Below are positions 47,108 to 55,811 of a DNA stretch of 64,000 nucleotides, one piece after another. Every line of letters starts with the position of its first letter. Positions within the stretch are counted from its first letter, which is position 1. Below the pieces are notes generated by a model, which saw only the letters and a program-made list of their open reading frames with translations, made no database searches and was not told where the DNA came from. This DNA comes from a virus (lineage: Duplodnaviria; Caudoviricetes). The stretch spans positions 1-64,000 of IMG/VR virus record IMGVR_UViG_2974668079_000001; one strand, 5' to 3'. A program made the translations under genes and the position numbers.

Positions 47108-47130
47108 GGGGAGCTTCGGCTCCCCTTTTT
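47108..47130 (+). terminator. Rho-independent terminator
   Basis: GGGGAGC-TTCG-GCTCCCC-TTTTT. Confidence 0.9.
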
Positions 47131-47157
47131 CGTATTAGTAAGACGAGGTTTAGTAAA

Positions 47158-47559
47158 ATGGAACAAGAGAAATTCATAGACCTTCCAGAGCTGCGTATGC
47201 TGGCAAAGTCGAAAGCACAACACACGCTACACAGAGGTTTAACTTTAGTAAACCATAAAGGGCATACAGCCCACGTATTCGGGTTCACTACGCTGGACCT
47301 ACTAGCAGCTTCAATCTTCGCACAAGAAGCCAACCTGCTCTTAGCATCCCAGCCATACAGGACTACCAACGACCATATCCTGTTCTTTACACCAACAAGC
47401 CGCCTAGAGCTCGCGGACATAATCGTTGGGTTCAAGTACGACGACAACAATAACCCCAGCAACGTCCGACAGCAGTATTCGGTCCTCAATATGGATGTTT
47501 GCCCGACAATGGTCCAGCTGACACCTCCGGGAACAGACTGGAAGCCTTGCTGGGAATAG
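47158..47559 (+). CDS. Hypothetical protein, 133 aa
   Basis: GAGG RBS plus TTTAGTAAA before ATG. Confidence 0.7.
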   Translation: MEQEKFIDLPELRMLAKSKAQHTLHRGLTLVNHKGHTAHVFGFTTLDLLAASIFAQEANLLLASQPYRTTNDHILFFTPTSRLELADIIVGFKYDDNNNPSNVRQQYSVLNMDVCPTMVQLTPPGTDWKPCWE

Positions 47560-47562
47560 GGC

Positions 47563-47591
47563 TTGCACTACGGACCAAGACTTAGTATAGT
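47563..47591 (+). promoter_or_regulatory. Sigma70-type promoter
   Basis: TTGCAC-17 bp-TATAGT. Confidence 0.7.
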
Positions 47592-47596
47592 TACTT

Positions 47597-47680
47597 CCGG
47601 CAATGTTAATCTCATCCGTTGGATCTTGTAACGTCTTGGCTTGTTACACTAGGGAGGCTATTATAGTCTCCCTTTCTTTT
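47597..47680 (+). ncRNA. Candidate small RNA (~80 nt)
   Basis: Own promoter, two internal hairpins, intrinsic terminator AGGGAGGCTA-TTA-TAGTCTCCCT-TTCTTTT; no RBS-supported ORF. Confidence 0.5.
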
Positions 47681-47721
47681 GTCTGCCGTATAGGTTCGGA
47701 CAACCAACCAAGGAGAATAAC

Positions 47722-48783
47722 ATGGCTACACTAGAGAAAGCCCAACTACAGCGCGTATTGAACTTCATCAAGCCTGCGCTATCCCCTCATGATTTCGTTC
47801 CGGTACTATCACACTTCTGTTTTACGGAAGAAGGTGACGTGTACGCTTACAACGACCTAGTAGGCGTTACTGTACGTGAGCACGACTTCGGGATCGTGGG
47901 TGCTCTTCCCGGTAAGGATTTACTAAAAGTAATAGGCTCCTTTGGCAAGGCTGAAGTTAGTATCGCAGAGATTGACGACGGTGCTGGGGTGCTTATTAAA
48001 TCTGGGCGTTCAAAGACTAAATTAGTAATGCTACCGGACGATGACTTCGTTTACGAGCCCGTTACTAACACAGACCAGAAACCTCGTGTAGAGTTTGAAC
48101 TGGACGAAGAGTTCTTAACTGCATTCAAGAAGTGTATCTCTGGTATCGGTGATGACCCTACCAGCCCTGCACAGATGGGTATCACGATCACGGACAGTTT
48201 CTTGTTCTCTACAGACAACGTCACAATCACCGCGTACGAGCTTCCAGACCCAATTGAGGGGATTGGTCAAGTGATACTGCCAAAACCGTTCTGTGAGCTT
48301 GTGGTAGAGCTTTCTAAGTACAATAAGTCGGAGATTATCACTATGTCGTTCTACGACGACAACGTGACGGCTATTCTGGAGGATGAGTCGGTAGAAATTA
48401 CTACACGCATCCTAGAAGACGACGAGCCGTTCGACTTTGAAGCAGTACTCGATCCGTTCCTAGAAGATACCGACGCTTTAGTAAAAATACCGAACGAGTT
48501 TAAAGACATGTTCGCACGCGCTGAAGCGGTCCTAGGAAAAGGCGACGAAGCCATACTAGACATCGCAGTAGAAGGGGACGTTCTGTTTATCTCGGCTAAG
48601 TCCGGTAAGATGGAGCTCGACGATGAGTGCGACTTTGACTCCGACGACGTTAAGTTCTACGCAGATGCAGGCATGATTGCCCGTGCTTGCCAATTTACAA
48701 CACACGCAGCCCTGCTCCCAGCAGCAATGTTCTTCAGCGACGGAGGGGCGTTCTACCACCTAATCAGCCACTGTGAGGAATAA
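47722..48783 (+). CDS. dnaN: DNA polymerase III beta-type sliding clamp
   Basis: VLSHFCF...AYNDLVG...LPGKDLLKVI...FPD-like LPDDDF...STDN...VILPKPF; 353 aa three-domain size. Confidence 0.85.
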   Translation: MATLEKAQLQRVLNFIKPALSPHDFVPVLSHFCFTEEGDVYAYNDLVGVTVREHDFGIVGALPGKDLLKVIGSFGKAEVSIAEIDDGAGVLIKSGRSKTKLVMLPDDDFVYEPVTNTDQKPRVEFELDEEFLTAFKKCISGIGDDPTSPAQMGITITDSFLFSTDNVTITAYELPDPIEGIGQVILPKPFCELVVELSKYNKSEIITMSFYDDNVTAILEDESVEITTRILEDDEPFDFEAVLDPFLEDTDALVKIPNEFKDMFARAEAVLGKGDEAILDIAVEGDVLFISAKSGKMELDDECDFDSDDVKFYADAGMIARACQFTTHAALLPAAMFFSDGGAFYHLISHCEE

Positions 48784-48785
48784 CG

Positions 48786-51440
48786 ATGGGATTCTTTCAT
48801 ACTAAGGGAGCCAAAGGCGGCTCCCGACGTTTAACTGGTAAGCAGCAGGCATTCGAGCAGCAGAAGCATTTACTAAAATCAGTGGGTGCTAAGAAATTCG
48901 AAGGCGTAGGCGTGCAGCCTGCCGGGTCTGATAATCCGTTTGTGTACATCCTAGGGCTTACACCAACGCCTAACCAACTGCGCAGAAACGACCTTACTAA
49001 AGGTGAGACCGCACAGGTTATGCGTAAGTACTTTGGTCGTGACTTCTACTACAACGACTGCCGTCACGGAGCTGTAGTACGCGAGACGTTTGCTGAGCTG
49101 GACGAAGTGATCGACGACGTGGTGATAGAGCAGTGGCGTGGTATTACCGAGCAGGACATCGAAGAGACTAAGCCAGCGGTAGTTGTCGCTCTGGGTGCTG
49201 GAGCTTTACGCTTCTTCACTGGCAGTGCTGACATCCACGGTATGCACGGCAGAATGCTACCCCACAAAGTGGGTAATCACACGTTCTGGCTACTCCCGGT
49301 GTTTGACCCACGTTGGGTTATTAGTAAAGACCACGACTTCTTCGTGAACGAGTACGAGATCTGCGTTAAGACGCAGGTCAGTCGCTTGATGGACCTGATC
49401 GAAACCGGGAGCCTACCGGAGCCTGTTGTTTACGACAGTAACTACGACGATGGTATCGAGATCATCATGGGTGAGGGCGTGGCAGATGTACATCGCGTAG
49501 AAGATGTACTGCATGACATGCTCAAAGAGCCGTTGGTATCGGTGGACTACGAGACGCAAAACCTGCGCCCGTACCTAGAAGACTCACGCTTACTAACTAC
49601 CGCCGTGGGAACGTTTGACCGTACCGTGGCGTTCCCGGTAGACCACCCTAGGGCTTGGAACAATAAGACTCGCCGTCAGGTGGTCGGTCTGTGGGGTGAG
49701 TACTTGTGTCAGGCTCCTCGCGCTATCGTTTACAACGCTACGATGGAGCAAGAGTGGACAGCTCACTACTACGGTTTTAGTAATCTGCGTAAAACCCAGT
49801 GGGAAGACCTAATGGCAGCAGCCTACTGTCTGGACTCACGTAAGGGGCATTTATCGTTAGATGACTTCATCAAGTACAACTGTGGCTTCGACCTCAAGAA
49901 GCTGTCAGGCAAGATGAATAAAGCTAACATGGTGAATGAGAAACTTGACCGCGTGCTTATGTACAACGGACGAGACGTTAAGTGGACCTTCAAGGGATTC
50001 GAGATCGCCCAGCAGCGTTTAGAGCTGGAGGGAGAAGAACGTCCTTACCATACTAAGGTTCGTAACTCTGCCGCTCTGACCGGGATGCAAATGCGTGGTA
50101 TGCCACGTAACGAGGAGGGATTGATTGAACTGCGAGACATCCTTACTAAAGACATCGCGGATACCGAGCAGGAGCTGATCAAGACGCCGGAGGTTCGTAA
50201 GTTCGAGCGCATGAACGATATGGACTTTAACCCGTCGTCACCAGAGCATAACGTCACGCTATTCCGCGACATCCTCAAGCGCAAGGAGGGTAAGAAGGAA
50301 GGTAAGGACAAGAAGGGCAACCAGAAGTACAGTACCGACGAAGCGGCGCTTAGTGCCATGCCCGCCGATGAGTGTCCTTCAGCGCCTCTTATTCTGAAAC
50401 TACGTGGTTTTACTAAACTTAAATCGACGTATGTTGACGGTCTTCTAACTCCGATCACAGAGTTCATCGGGGACGAGAAGAAGCGTAAGGGTTTGGTGTA
50501 CCCGGATGGACTACTGCACCCGAATTACAACGGGATGTTCACAGCCACAGGGCGCTTATCTTCGGACGAGCCGAACGCGCAGAACTTCCCTAAGCGTAAG
50601 AACCGCCACATCCGTAAGCCAATAGCACCACCTCCGGGCTTCCGGGTAGTCTCACTCGACTTTGGTCAGATTGAGGCGCGTGTATTCGGTATGGCGTCAC
50701 GAGACCCTAACTTCTGTAATGCACTGTGGAACAACCTAGATGTTCACTTTGACTGGGCTGTTAAAATTAGTAACGAGTATCCGGGGATTCTGGATCGAAT
50801 CTACGACGAGTACTACGACAAGATCATCAAGATGGTCGATGGTGGTAAATCAGAGTACGACTCGATCATTAAGTGTCTTCGTGGTGACGTTAAGAACCAG
50901 TGGGTGTTCCCGCAGTTCTTCGGAGCAGGCTTCAAGTCTTGTGCTCAGAGCCTACACATCCCGGACGAGAACGCAGAAAACCTACGAGCTATGTTCTGGG
51001 AAGAGTTTGCTGGGGTGCAGGAGTGGCAGAATGAAACGCTGGAGCGTGCTTACCGAGACGGGTACGTGAGAACTCTAAACGGGTTTAAGCGTTCCTTCCC
51101 TATGAGTAAGCAGGAGATCATCAACACACCGATACAAGGCACCGCAGCCGAGGTAGTACTGGAGGGTCTGTGCTTACTAAGTGAGGAATCCGCTCTGCTG
51201 GAAGACGTGTACATGCACCCTATCATGCAGATACACGATGACCTGACGTTCATCATGCCGGAGGATGGTATGGACGAGCGTATAATGCACGTAGCGGAGA
51301 TCATGACGGGCGTGTACAAGACGTTTGACTTTGTAAACGTCCCATTGCTTATCGAAGCCGAGGAAGGACCTAACTGGTGTGACCAAAAGGTTTACGGTGA
51401 GTACTCATCTACCCAGTTCGGGCATATCCGCGCTGACTAA
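48786..51440 (+). CDS. Family A DNA polymerase with N-terminal UDG-like domain and 3'-5' exonuclease
   Basis: SVDYET (ExoI), TATGRLSSDEPNAQNFP, LDFGQIEAR (motif A), VKNQWVFPQFFG (motif B), INTPIQG, QIHDDL (motif C); N-terminal KPAVVVALGAGAL...PVFDP UDG fold. Confidence 0.95.
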   Translation: MGFFHTKGAKGGSRRLTGKQQAFEQQKHLLKSVGAKKFEGVGVQPAGSDNPFVYILGLTPTPNQLRRNDLTKGETAQVMRKYFGRDFYYNDCRHGAVVRETFAELDEVIDDVVIEQWRGITEQDIEETKPAVVVALGAGALRFFTGSADIHGMHGRMLPHKVGNHTFWLLPVFDPRWVISKDHDFFVNEYEICVKTQVSRLMDLIETGSLPEPVVYDSNYDDGIEIIMGEGVADVHRVEDVLHDMLKEPLVSVDYETQNLRPYLEDSRLLTTAVGTFDRTVAFPVDHPRAWNNKTRRQVVGLWGEYLCQAPRAIVYNATMEQEWTAHYYGFSNLRKTQWEDLMAAAYCLDSRKGHLSLDDFIKYNCGFDLKKLSGKMNKANMVNEKLDRVLMYNGRDVKWTFKGFEIAQQRLELEGEERPYHTKVRNSAALTGMQMRGMPRNEEGLIELRDILTKDIADTEQELIKTPEVRKFERMNDMDFNPSSPEHNVTLFRDILKRKEGKKEGKDKKGNQKYSTDEAALSAMPADECPSAPLILKLRGFTKLKSTYVDGLLTPITEFIGDEKKRKGLVYPDGLLHPNYNGMFTATGRLSSDEPNAQNFPKRKNRHIRKPIAPPPGFRVVSLDFGQIEARVFGMASRDPNFCNALWNNLDVHFDWAVKISNEYPGILDRIYDEYYDKIIKMVDGGKSEYDSIIKCLRGDVKNQWVFPQFFGAGFKSCAQSLHIPDENAENLRAMFWEEFAGVQEWQNETLERAYRDGYVRTLNGFKRSFPMSKQEIINTPIQGTAAEVVLEGLCLLSEESALLEDVYMHPIMQIHDDLTFIMPEDGMDERIMHVAEIMTGVYKTFDFVNVPLLIEAEEGPNWCDQKVYGEYSSTQFGHIRAD

Positions 51441-51442
51441 TC

Positions 51443-51467
51443 AAAGCCTCCCTAGGGAGGCTATTTT
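51443..51467 (+). terminator. Rho-independent terminator
   Basis: AGCCTCCC-TA-GGGAGGCT-ATTTT. Confidence 0.65.
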
Positions 51468-51488
51468 ACTAATAGTAACGAGGTAACA

Positions 51489-52340
51489 ATGAAACAGTAT
51501 CTAGCACTTGCTGAGCGTATCGTCTCTGAGGGCGAGTGGATCGAGAATGAGCGCACGGGCAAAAAGTGCCTTACCGTGATCAACGCGGACTTAGAGTACG
51601 ATGTGGGAGCAAACCAGTTCCCATTAGTAACAACTAGAAAGAGCTTCTGGAAAGCTGCGGTAGCTGAACTGCTGGGATACATCCGTGGCTACAGCAGTGC
51701 TGCTGACTTCCGCAAACTGGGGACCAAGACTTGGGATGCTAATGCCAATCTAAACGAGGCGTGGCTAAGTAACCCGCACCGCGAAGGCTACGACGATATG
51801 GGTCGTGTGTACGGTGTGCAGGGTCGTGCTTGGACAGGCTCGGACGGCACTGTGGTAGACCAACTCCGCAAGATCGTGGACGATATTACTAAGGGTGTGG
51901 ATGACCGTGGGGAGATCCTTAACTTCTACAATCCGGGAGAGTTCCACCTAGGATGCCTACGACCTTGCATGTATAGCCACCACTTCTCGCTACTGGGAGA
52001 CACGCTTTACTTAAACAGCACTCAGCGGAGCTGTGACGTACCCTTGGGTCTTAACTTCAATATGGTGCAGGTCTACGTGTTCCTAGCAATTATGGCTCAG
52101 ATTACCGGGAAGAAGGCAGGTAAGGCTTACCACAAGATTGTTAACGCTCATATCTACGAAGACCAACTAGAACTCATGCGCGACGTACAGTTAAAGCGTG
52201 AACCACTACCACTACCTACGCTTTGGATTAACCCAGACATAAAGACGCTGGAAGACCTAGAGACTTGGGTAACAGTGGACGACTTCCGTGTGGACGACTA
52301 CCGTCACCACGACCCAATCAAATATCCATTCTCAGTTTAG
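51489..52340 (+). CDS. thyA: Thymidylate synthase, Vibrio/Pasteurellaceae type
   Basis: [29 protein letters not shown], ends KYPFSV; 283 aa as in Vibrio ThyA. Confidence 0.97.
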   Translation: MKQYLALAERIVSEGEWIENERTGKKCLTVINADLEYDVGANQFPLVTTRKSFWKAAVAELLGYIRGYSSAADFRKLGTKTWDANANLNEAWLSNPHREGYDDMGRVYGVQGRAWTGSDGTVVDQLRKIVDDITKGVDDRGEILNFYNPGEFHLGCLRPCMYSHHFSLLGDTLYLNSTQRSCDVPLGLNFNMVQVYVFLAIMAQITGKKAGKAYHKIVNAHIYEDQLELMRDVQLKREPLPLPTLWINPDIKTLEDLETWVTVDDFRVDDYRHHDPIKYPFSV

Positions 52341-52354
52341 TAAGGAGAACAGCA

Positions 52355-53290
52355 ATGGAAACAAGACCACTACACGTATCACTACGCCCACAGACCTTTG
52401 GCGAGATCATCGGTCACGACGCTGTAGTAAAAGACGTGCAGAATCAGCTCGATAACAACAACCAACGCTGCTACCTATTCATGGGTCCCGCAGGCTGTGG
52501 TAAGACTACTTTTGGTAACGTTATTGCACGCCACGTAGAGTCTAAGAACATCATCGAAGTAGACGCGGGTAGCACGAGTAAAGCAGAGCAGATCCGCGAG
52601 CTGGTAGATAAGGCTAAGTACCGGGGGTTTGGTGAGAACCCTATCCGTGTTTACATCTTGAATGAGGTGCAGGCTCTTAGTAAGGCTGCTTGGGATGCCA
52701 TGCTGGACATCATGGAGAACCCACCGCAACACGTGTACTTCATCCTGACCACGACGGAATCCCCGAAGGTGCCTAAAGCTGTGAAGACTCGCTGTGCGTC
52801 GTACGAGCTTAAGCCGCTTAGTAAGAAGGCTATTAATGACCTCATCGACATGGTGATGGATGAAGCCGATATGGACATCCCGGATGAGTTCCTAGACGTG
52901 GTGGCTGACAAGTGTGAGGGCTCTCCACGCCAGTGTATCCAGATGCTGCTTAAGGCAGAGTCCGCTAAGAACCGATCTGAACTGAATACGTTACTTGATG
53001 AAGCCGAGAGCGACAACCAGATTATAGACCTTGCCCGAACACTCGCTTTTACTAAAGGTAAAAAATGGGGTAAAGTGCAGACGATCTTGAAGGACCTCAA
53101 GGACACACCACCGGAGAGCATCCGTATTGTAGTAACTACGTACATTGCTGGGTGTATGCTCAATGCGAAGACAGAAGCAGACGCAGAGCGACTACACCAC
53201 ATCTTGGATGCCTTCTCTACACCATGTAACCCTACCGACAAGCTAGCACCGATCTTACTAGCATGTGGTGACATCTGCTTCGGGGAGTAG
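52355..53290 (+). CDS. dnaX: Clamp loader subunit, DnaX (gamma/tau)-like
   Basis: LRPQTFGEIIGH, GPAGCGKTT, ILNEVQALSKAAWDAML, FILTTTE..K...AVKTRC. Confidence 0.9.
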   Translation: METRPLHVSLRPQTFGEIIGHDAVVKDVQNQLDNNNQRCYLFMGPAGCGKTTFGNVIARHVESKNIIEVDAGSTSKAEQIRELVDKAKYRGFGENPIRVYILNEVQALSKAAWDAMLDIMENPPQHVYFILTTTESPKVPKAVKTRCASYELKPLSKKAINDLIDMVMDEADMDIPDEFLDVVADKCEGSPRQCIQMLLKAESAKNRSELNTLLDEAESDNQIIDLARTLAFTKGKKWGKVQTILKDLKDTPPESIRIVVTTYIAGCMLNAKTEADAERLHHILDAFSTPCNPTDKLAPILLACGDICFGE

Positions 53291-53293
53291 TAA

Positions 53294-53785
53294 ATGGCAT
53301 ACGATGTAGGTGAGCAAGCTATCCGCTCGTTTAAGAACCGTCTACGTATAGATAAGAACGATTTGGACAACGAGCTGGTAGAGCAATCACACCTCTTCTT
53401 CGAAGTATCTGAGCGCCTTACTTGGGCTAAAGCAGAACGTGATGAAGTTAAGCGCGAGTGTGATGAGCTAGCCGGGGAACTTAAAGCGGACCTATTCGCA
53501 GAAAACCCTAAGCTCGCTGACACTAAAGCTACAGCTATCGTGAAAAAAGATCCTGACTATCAGGAACGTTACCGCGAAAAATCTGACGCGGACCGTATAG
53601 TTGGAGCATGGGAGGCATTAGTCGAAGCGTTTAAATCACGCGGCTACATGCTTAGACAATTAGCAGACCTCTATGTGGCTAACTACTACTCTCCGATTAG
53701 TGGTGGTGAGTCTCAGGACGATAAGCGTCGCAAGCGTGCGGAACGTGATGACCGCAGCAACCGACGTAGAACGCGGAGAACTTAA
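53294..53785 (+). CDS. UvsY-like recombination mediator with Arg-rich tail
   Basis: LRIDKNDLDNEL..QS.LFFE...AFKSRGYMLRQL; helical; near SSB and RecA. Confidence 0.65.
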   Translation: MAYDVGEQAIRSFKNRLRIDKNDLDNELVEQSHLFFEVSERLTWAKAERDEVKRECDELAGELKADLFAENPKLADTKATAIVKKDPDYQERYREKSDADRIVGAWEALVEAFKSRGYMLRQLADLYVANYYSPISGGESQDDKRRKRAERDDRSNRRRTRRT

Positions 53786-53786
53786 C

Positions 53787-53927
53787 ATGGGTGATAATTT
53801 GCAGCTGGCAGCAGCAATTATGGTATTATTCCCGATTGGAGCGTATGTATTAGCTCGCATGGCAACAAAGGCTTACTTTTTTAGCAAGCTAGAATTTCTT
53901 ACTAAAGTTAAACAGAAAGGATGGTAA
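53787..53927 (+). CDS. Small membrane protein, 46 aa
   Basis: GGAG RBS; single hydrophobic helix. Confidence 0.5.
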   Translation: MGDNLQLAAAIMVLFPIGAYVLARMATKAYFFSKLEFLTKVKQKGW

Positions 53928-55069
53928 ACATGTCACGACGTAATCGTAACAGCGGCGGTCGTAAAGGCTTCGAGTACAAGAAGCGTTCTAAAGAACAGGT
54001 GCAGAAGCGTGCCGAACAGCAGTCAGGCGACTTTAAGTCAATCTTCAAAGAAGGCATCAAGATGTACAAGCCTAAGAAGGGTGACAACGCAATCCGCATC
54101 CTTCCGGCTACTTGGGAAGACCCGGATCACTACGCACTAGATGTACACATCCACTACGGTGTTGGTGCTGACGAAGAGCGTGTGCTGGCACTCCACGAGA
54201 TGCTAGGTGAAGACGACCCAATCCGTGAGATGCGCATGGAGTACGAAGCCGACGGCAATAAAGAAATGGCTAAGGCTTGTCGTCCGGGTCGCGCTTGTGC
54301 AATGTGGATCGTCGATATGGACAACGAGGCGGAAGGTCCTCAGATGTACCTAGCACCACCAACGGTTGACGCTGGTATCGCTCAGGTTAGTATCGACAAA
54401 CGCTCTGGTGAGATGTTCGACATTGACGACCCTGAGAACGGATACGAAGTCTACTTTACTAAACAGGGCGAAGGTATGAATACCAAGTACGTAGGCTTCC
54501 AGCTTGCACGTACTCCGTCTGAAGTAGATGAAGAACACTTAGATTACGCAATCGACAACCCGATCCCGGACTGCCTAGTTTACCTAGAGTACGAAGAGAT
54601 TGAGAAGATGATTGCGGGTTGGACTCCAACACCTCGTGGCAAGGGTGGTAAAGATGACAAGGGCAAAGAAAAGCAGAAGTCATACCGTGGGCGAGATCGT
54701 GACCGCAATGATGGTGACGACGATGATCGTGATTCTAAGTCTGGTGGTGATCGCGGTGATAGCGATTACAACTACGATGATGTACTTAAAGCGGATTGGG
54801 ACGAGCTTGAAGACATCATTGAGCTGGAAGAGCTGGACATCGACCCTAACGACTTCGACGAAGACGACACGGAAGGCTGTGCTAAAGCAATCCTTGAAGA
54901 ACTGGGCATTGAGAAACCTAAGCCTGCTCGCTCTTCTCGCGGCGGGCGTGGTAGTCGCCGTGGTGGTGATAGTGATGATGGTGATTCTCGATCTTCCCGC
55001 CGTCGTGGTCGTGGCGGTGACGATGATGACCGTAGCGAACGTGTTCGCGGTATGCGTCGAAATCGTTAA
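53921..55069 (+). CDS. Single-stranded DNA-binding protein, T4 gp32-like
   Basis: GDNAIRILPA...HIHYG...IDDPENGYEVYFTKQGEG...TKY; long acidic/basic low-complexity C-terminus. Confidence 0.8.
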   Translation: MVNMSRRNRNSGGRKGFEYKKRSKEQVQKRAEQQSGDFKSIFKEGIKMYKPKKGDNAIRILPATWEDPDHYALDVHIHYGVGADEERVLALHEMLGEDDPIREMRMEYEADGNKEMAKACRPGRACAMWIVDMDNEAEGPQMYLAPPTVDAGIAQVSIDKRSGEMFDIDDPENGYEVYFTKQGEGMNTKYVGFQLARTPSEVDEEHLDYAIDNPIPDCLVYLEYEEIEKMIAGWTPTPRGKGGKDDKGKEKQKSYRGRDRDRNDGDDDDRDSKSGGDRGDSDYNYDDVLKADWDELEDIIELEELDIDPNDFDEDDTEGCAKAILEELGIEKPKPARSSRGGRGSRRGGDSDDGDSRSSRRRGRGGDDDDRSERVRGMRRNR

Positions 55070-55101
55070 GAAGTATCCAAGTGATATAGTTTAGTAAACC
55101 A

Positions 55102-55128
55102 AGGGGGCATATTCATGTCCCCTTTATT
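55102..55128 (+). terminator. Rho-independent terminator
   Basis: AGGGGGCAT-ATTC-ATGTCCCCT-TTATT. Confidence 0.65.
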
Positions 55129-55148
55129 CAGTTAAGGAGATTAGTAAA

Positions 55149-55784
55149 ATGAGCCGAGGTATTATTGTAGCTGTAGAAGGCTTTGACGGTTCTGGCAAAT
55201 CCACTTTAGTAAAGCTGCTGGTAGAAGAGTTAGCCAACTACGAAGTGAAGGTGGTTCAAACACGTCAGCCCGGAGGCACGCCTTACGCAGAGAAGATCCG
55301 CGACCTGCTAATGTCTGGGGACCGTGACCGCAGTCAAGCCGTAGAAGCACACTTGTTCTTAGCCGCCCGCCAAGACCTATGCGATAAGCTGGTAGCGCCT
55401 GCGGTAGAAGAGGGGGCTATCGTGGTGTGTGACCGACATTACCTATCGTCACTTGCAAATCAACCACAGTGCCGATCTCTGTTCTTAGAAAACCGAGTGT
55501 TTGACCCGGACGTTTGGATCATGGCTCGATGTCCGTTCCCGGTTTGCATCCAACGCAGTGAGCAGCGTGGTGACGACGATGCGTTTAGTAATGACGAGCT
55601 CCGCGAGAAGCGTGCCCAGTATGACCGCTACCAGCATGGTATCAAAGACATTCTACCGTTCACGGCGGGGGACTCACTGTTCACGGTGGACACCGACTTA
55701 GGTCTTACAAGTGCGCGTGAGCAGATCAAGAAAGTAGCCAGCTACTTAGTAAGCTTAAATAAACAACTCCCGTATAATTCATAG
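55149..55784 (+). CDS. tmk: Thymidylate kinase
   Basis: VEGFDGSGKST P-loop, TRQPGGT, LFLAAR, VVCDRHYLSSLA. Confidence 0.93.
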   Translation: MSRGIIVAVEGFDGSGKSTLVKLLVEELANYEVKVVQTRQPGGTPYAEKIRDLLMSGDRDRSQAVEAHLFLAARQDLCDKLVAPAVEEGAIVVCDRHYLSSLANQPQCRSLFLENRVFDPDVWIMARCPFPVCIQRSEQRGDDDAFSNDELREKRAQYDRYQHGIKDILPFTAGDSLFTVDTDLGLTSAREQIKKVASYLVSLNKQLPYNS

Positions 55785-55811
55785 TGTTCCACTCACTTTA
55801 AGGTTAGTAAA

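Noticed and set aside
47683-47694. CTGCCGTATAGG matches 12 nt of the type I-F CRISPR repeat core, suggesting an RNA anti-CRISPR solitary repeat
   Set aside because: The closing CAG of the stem and both repeat flanks are missing, there is a single copy, and the match is explained by the recurring CGTATAG intergenic motif. It would be revived only if Cas6f cleaved this RNA.
51489-52340. ThyA as a base-hypermodification enzyme (dUMP/dCMP hydroxymethylase)
   Set aside because: Catalytic and specificity residues are canonical, it is collinear with bacterial ThyA, and no modification-pathway neighbours are visible.
52651-53523. 290-aa reverse-strand ORF (also 33848-34549, 37378-37884, 59063-59593 and other minus-strand ORFs)
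   Set aside because: They shadow well-supported + strand genes, are Ser/Leu/Arg-rich without motifs, and lack RBS or promoter support.
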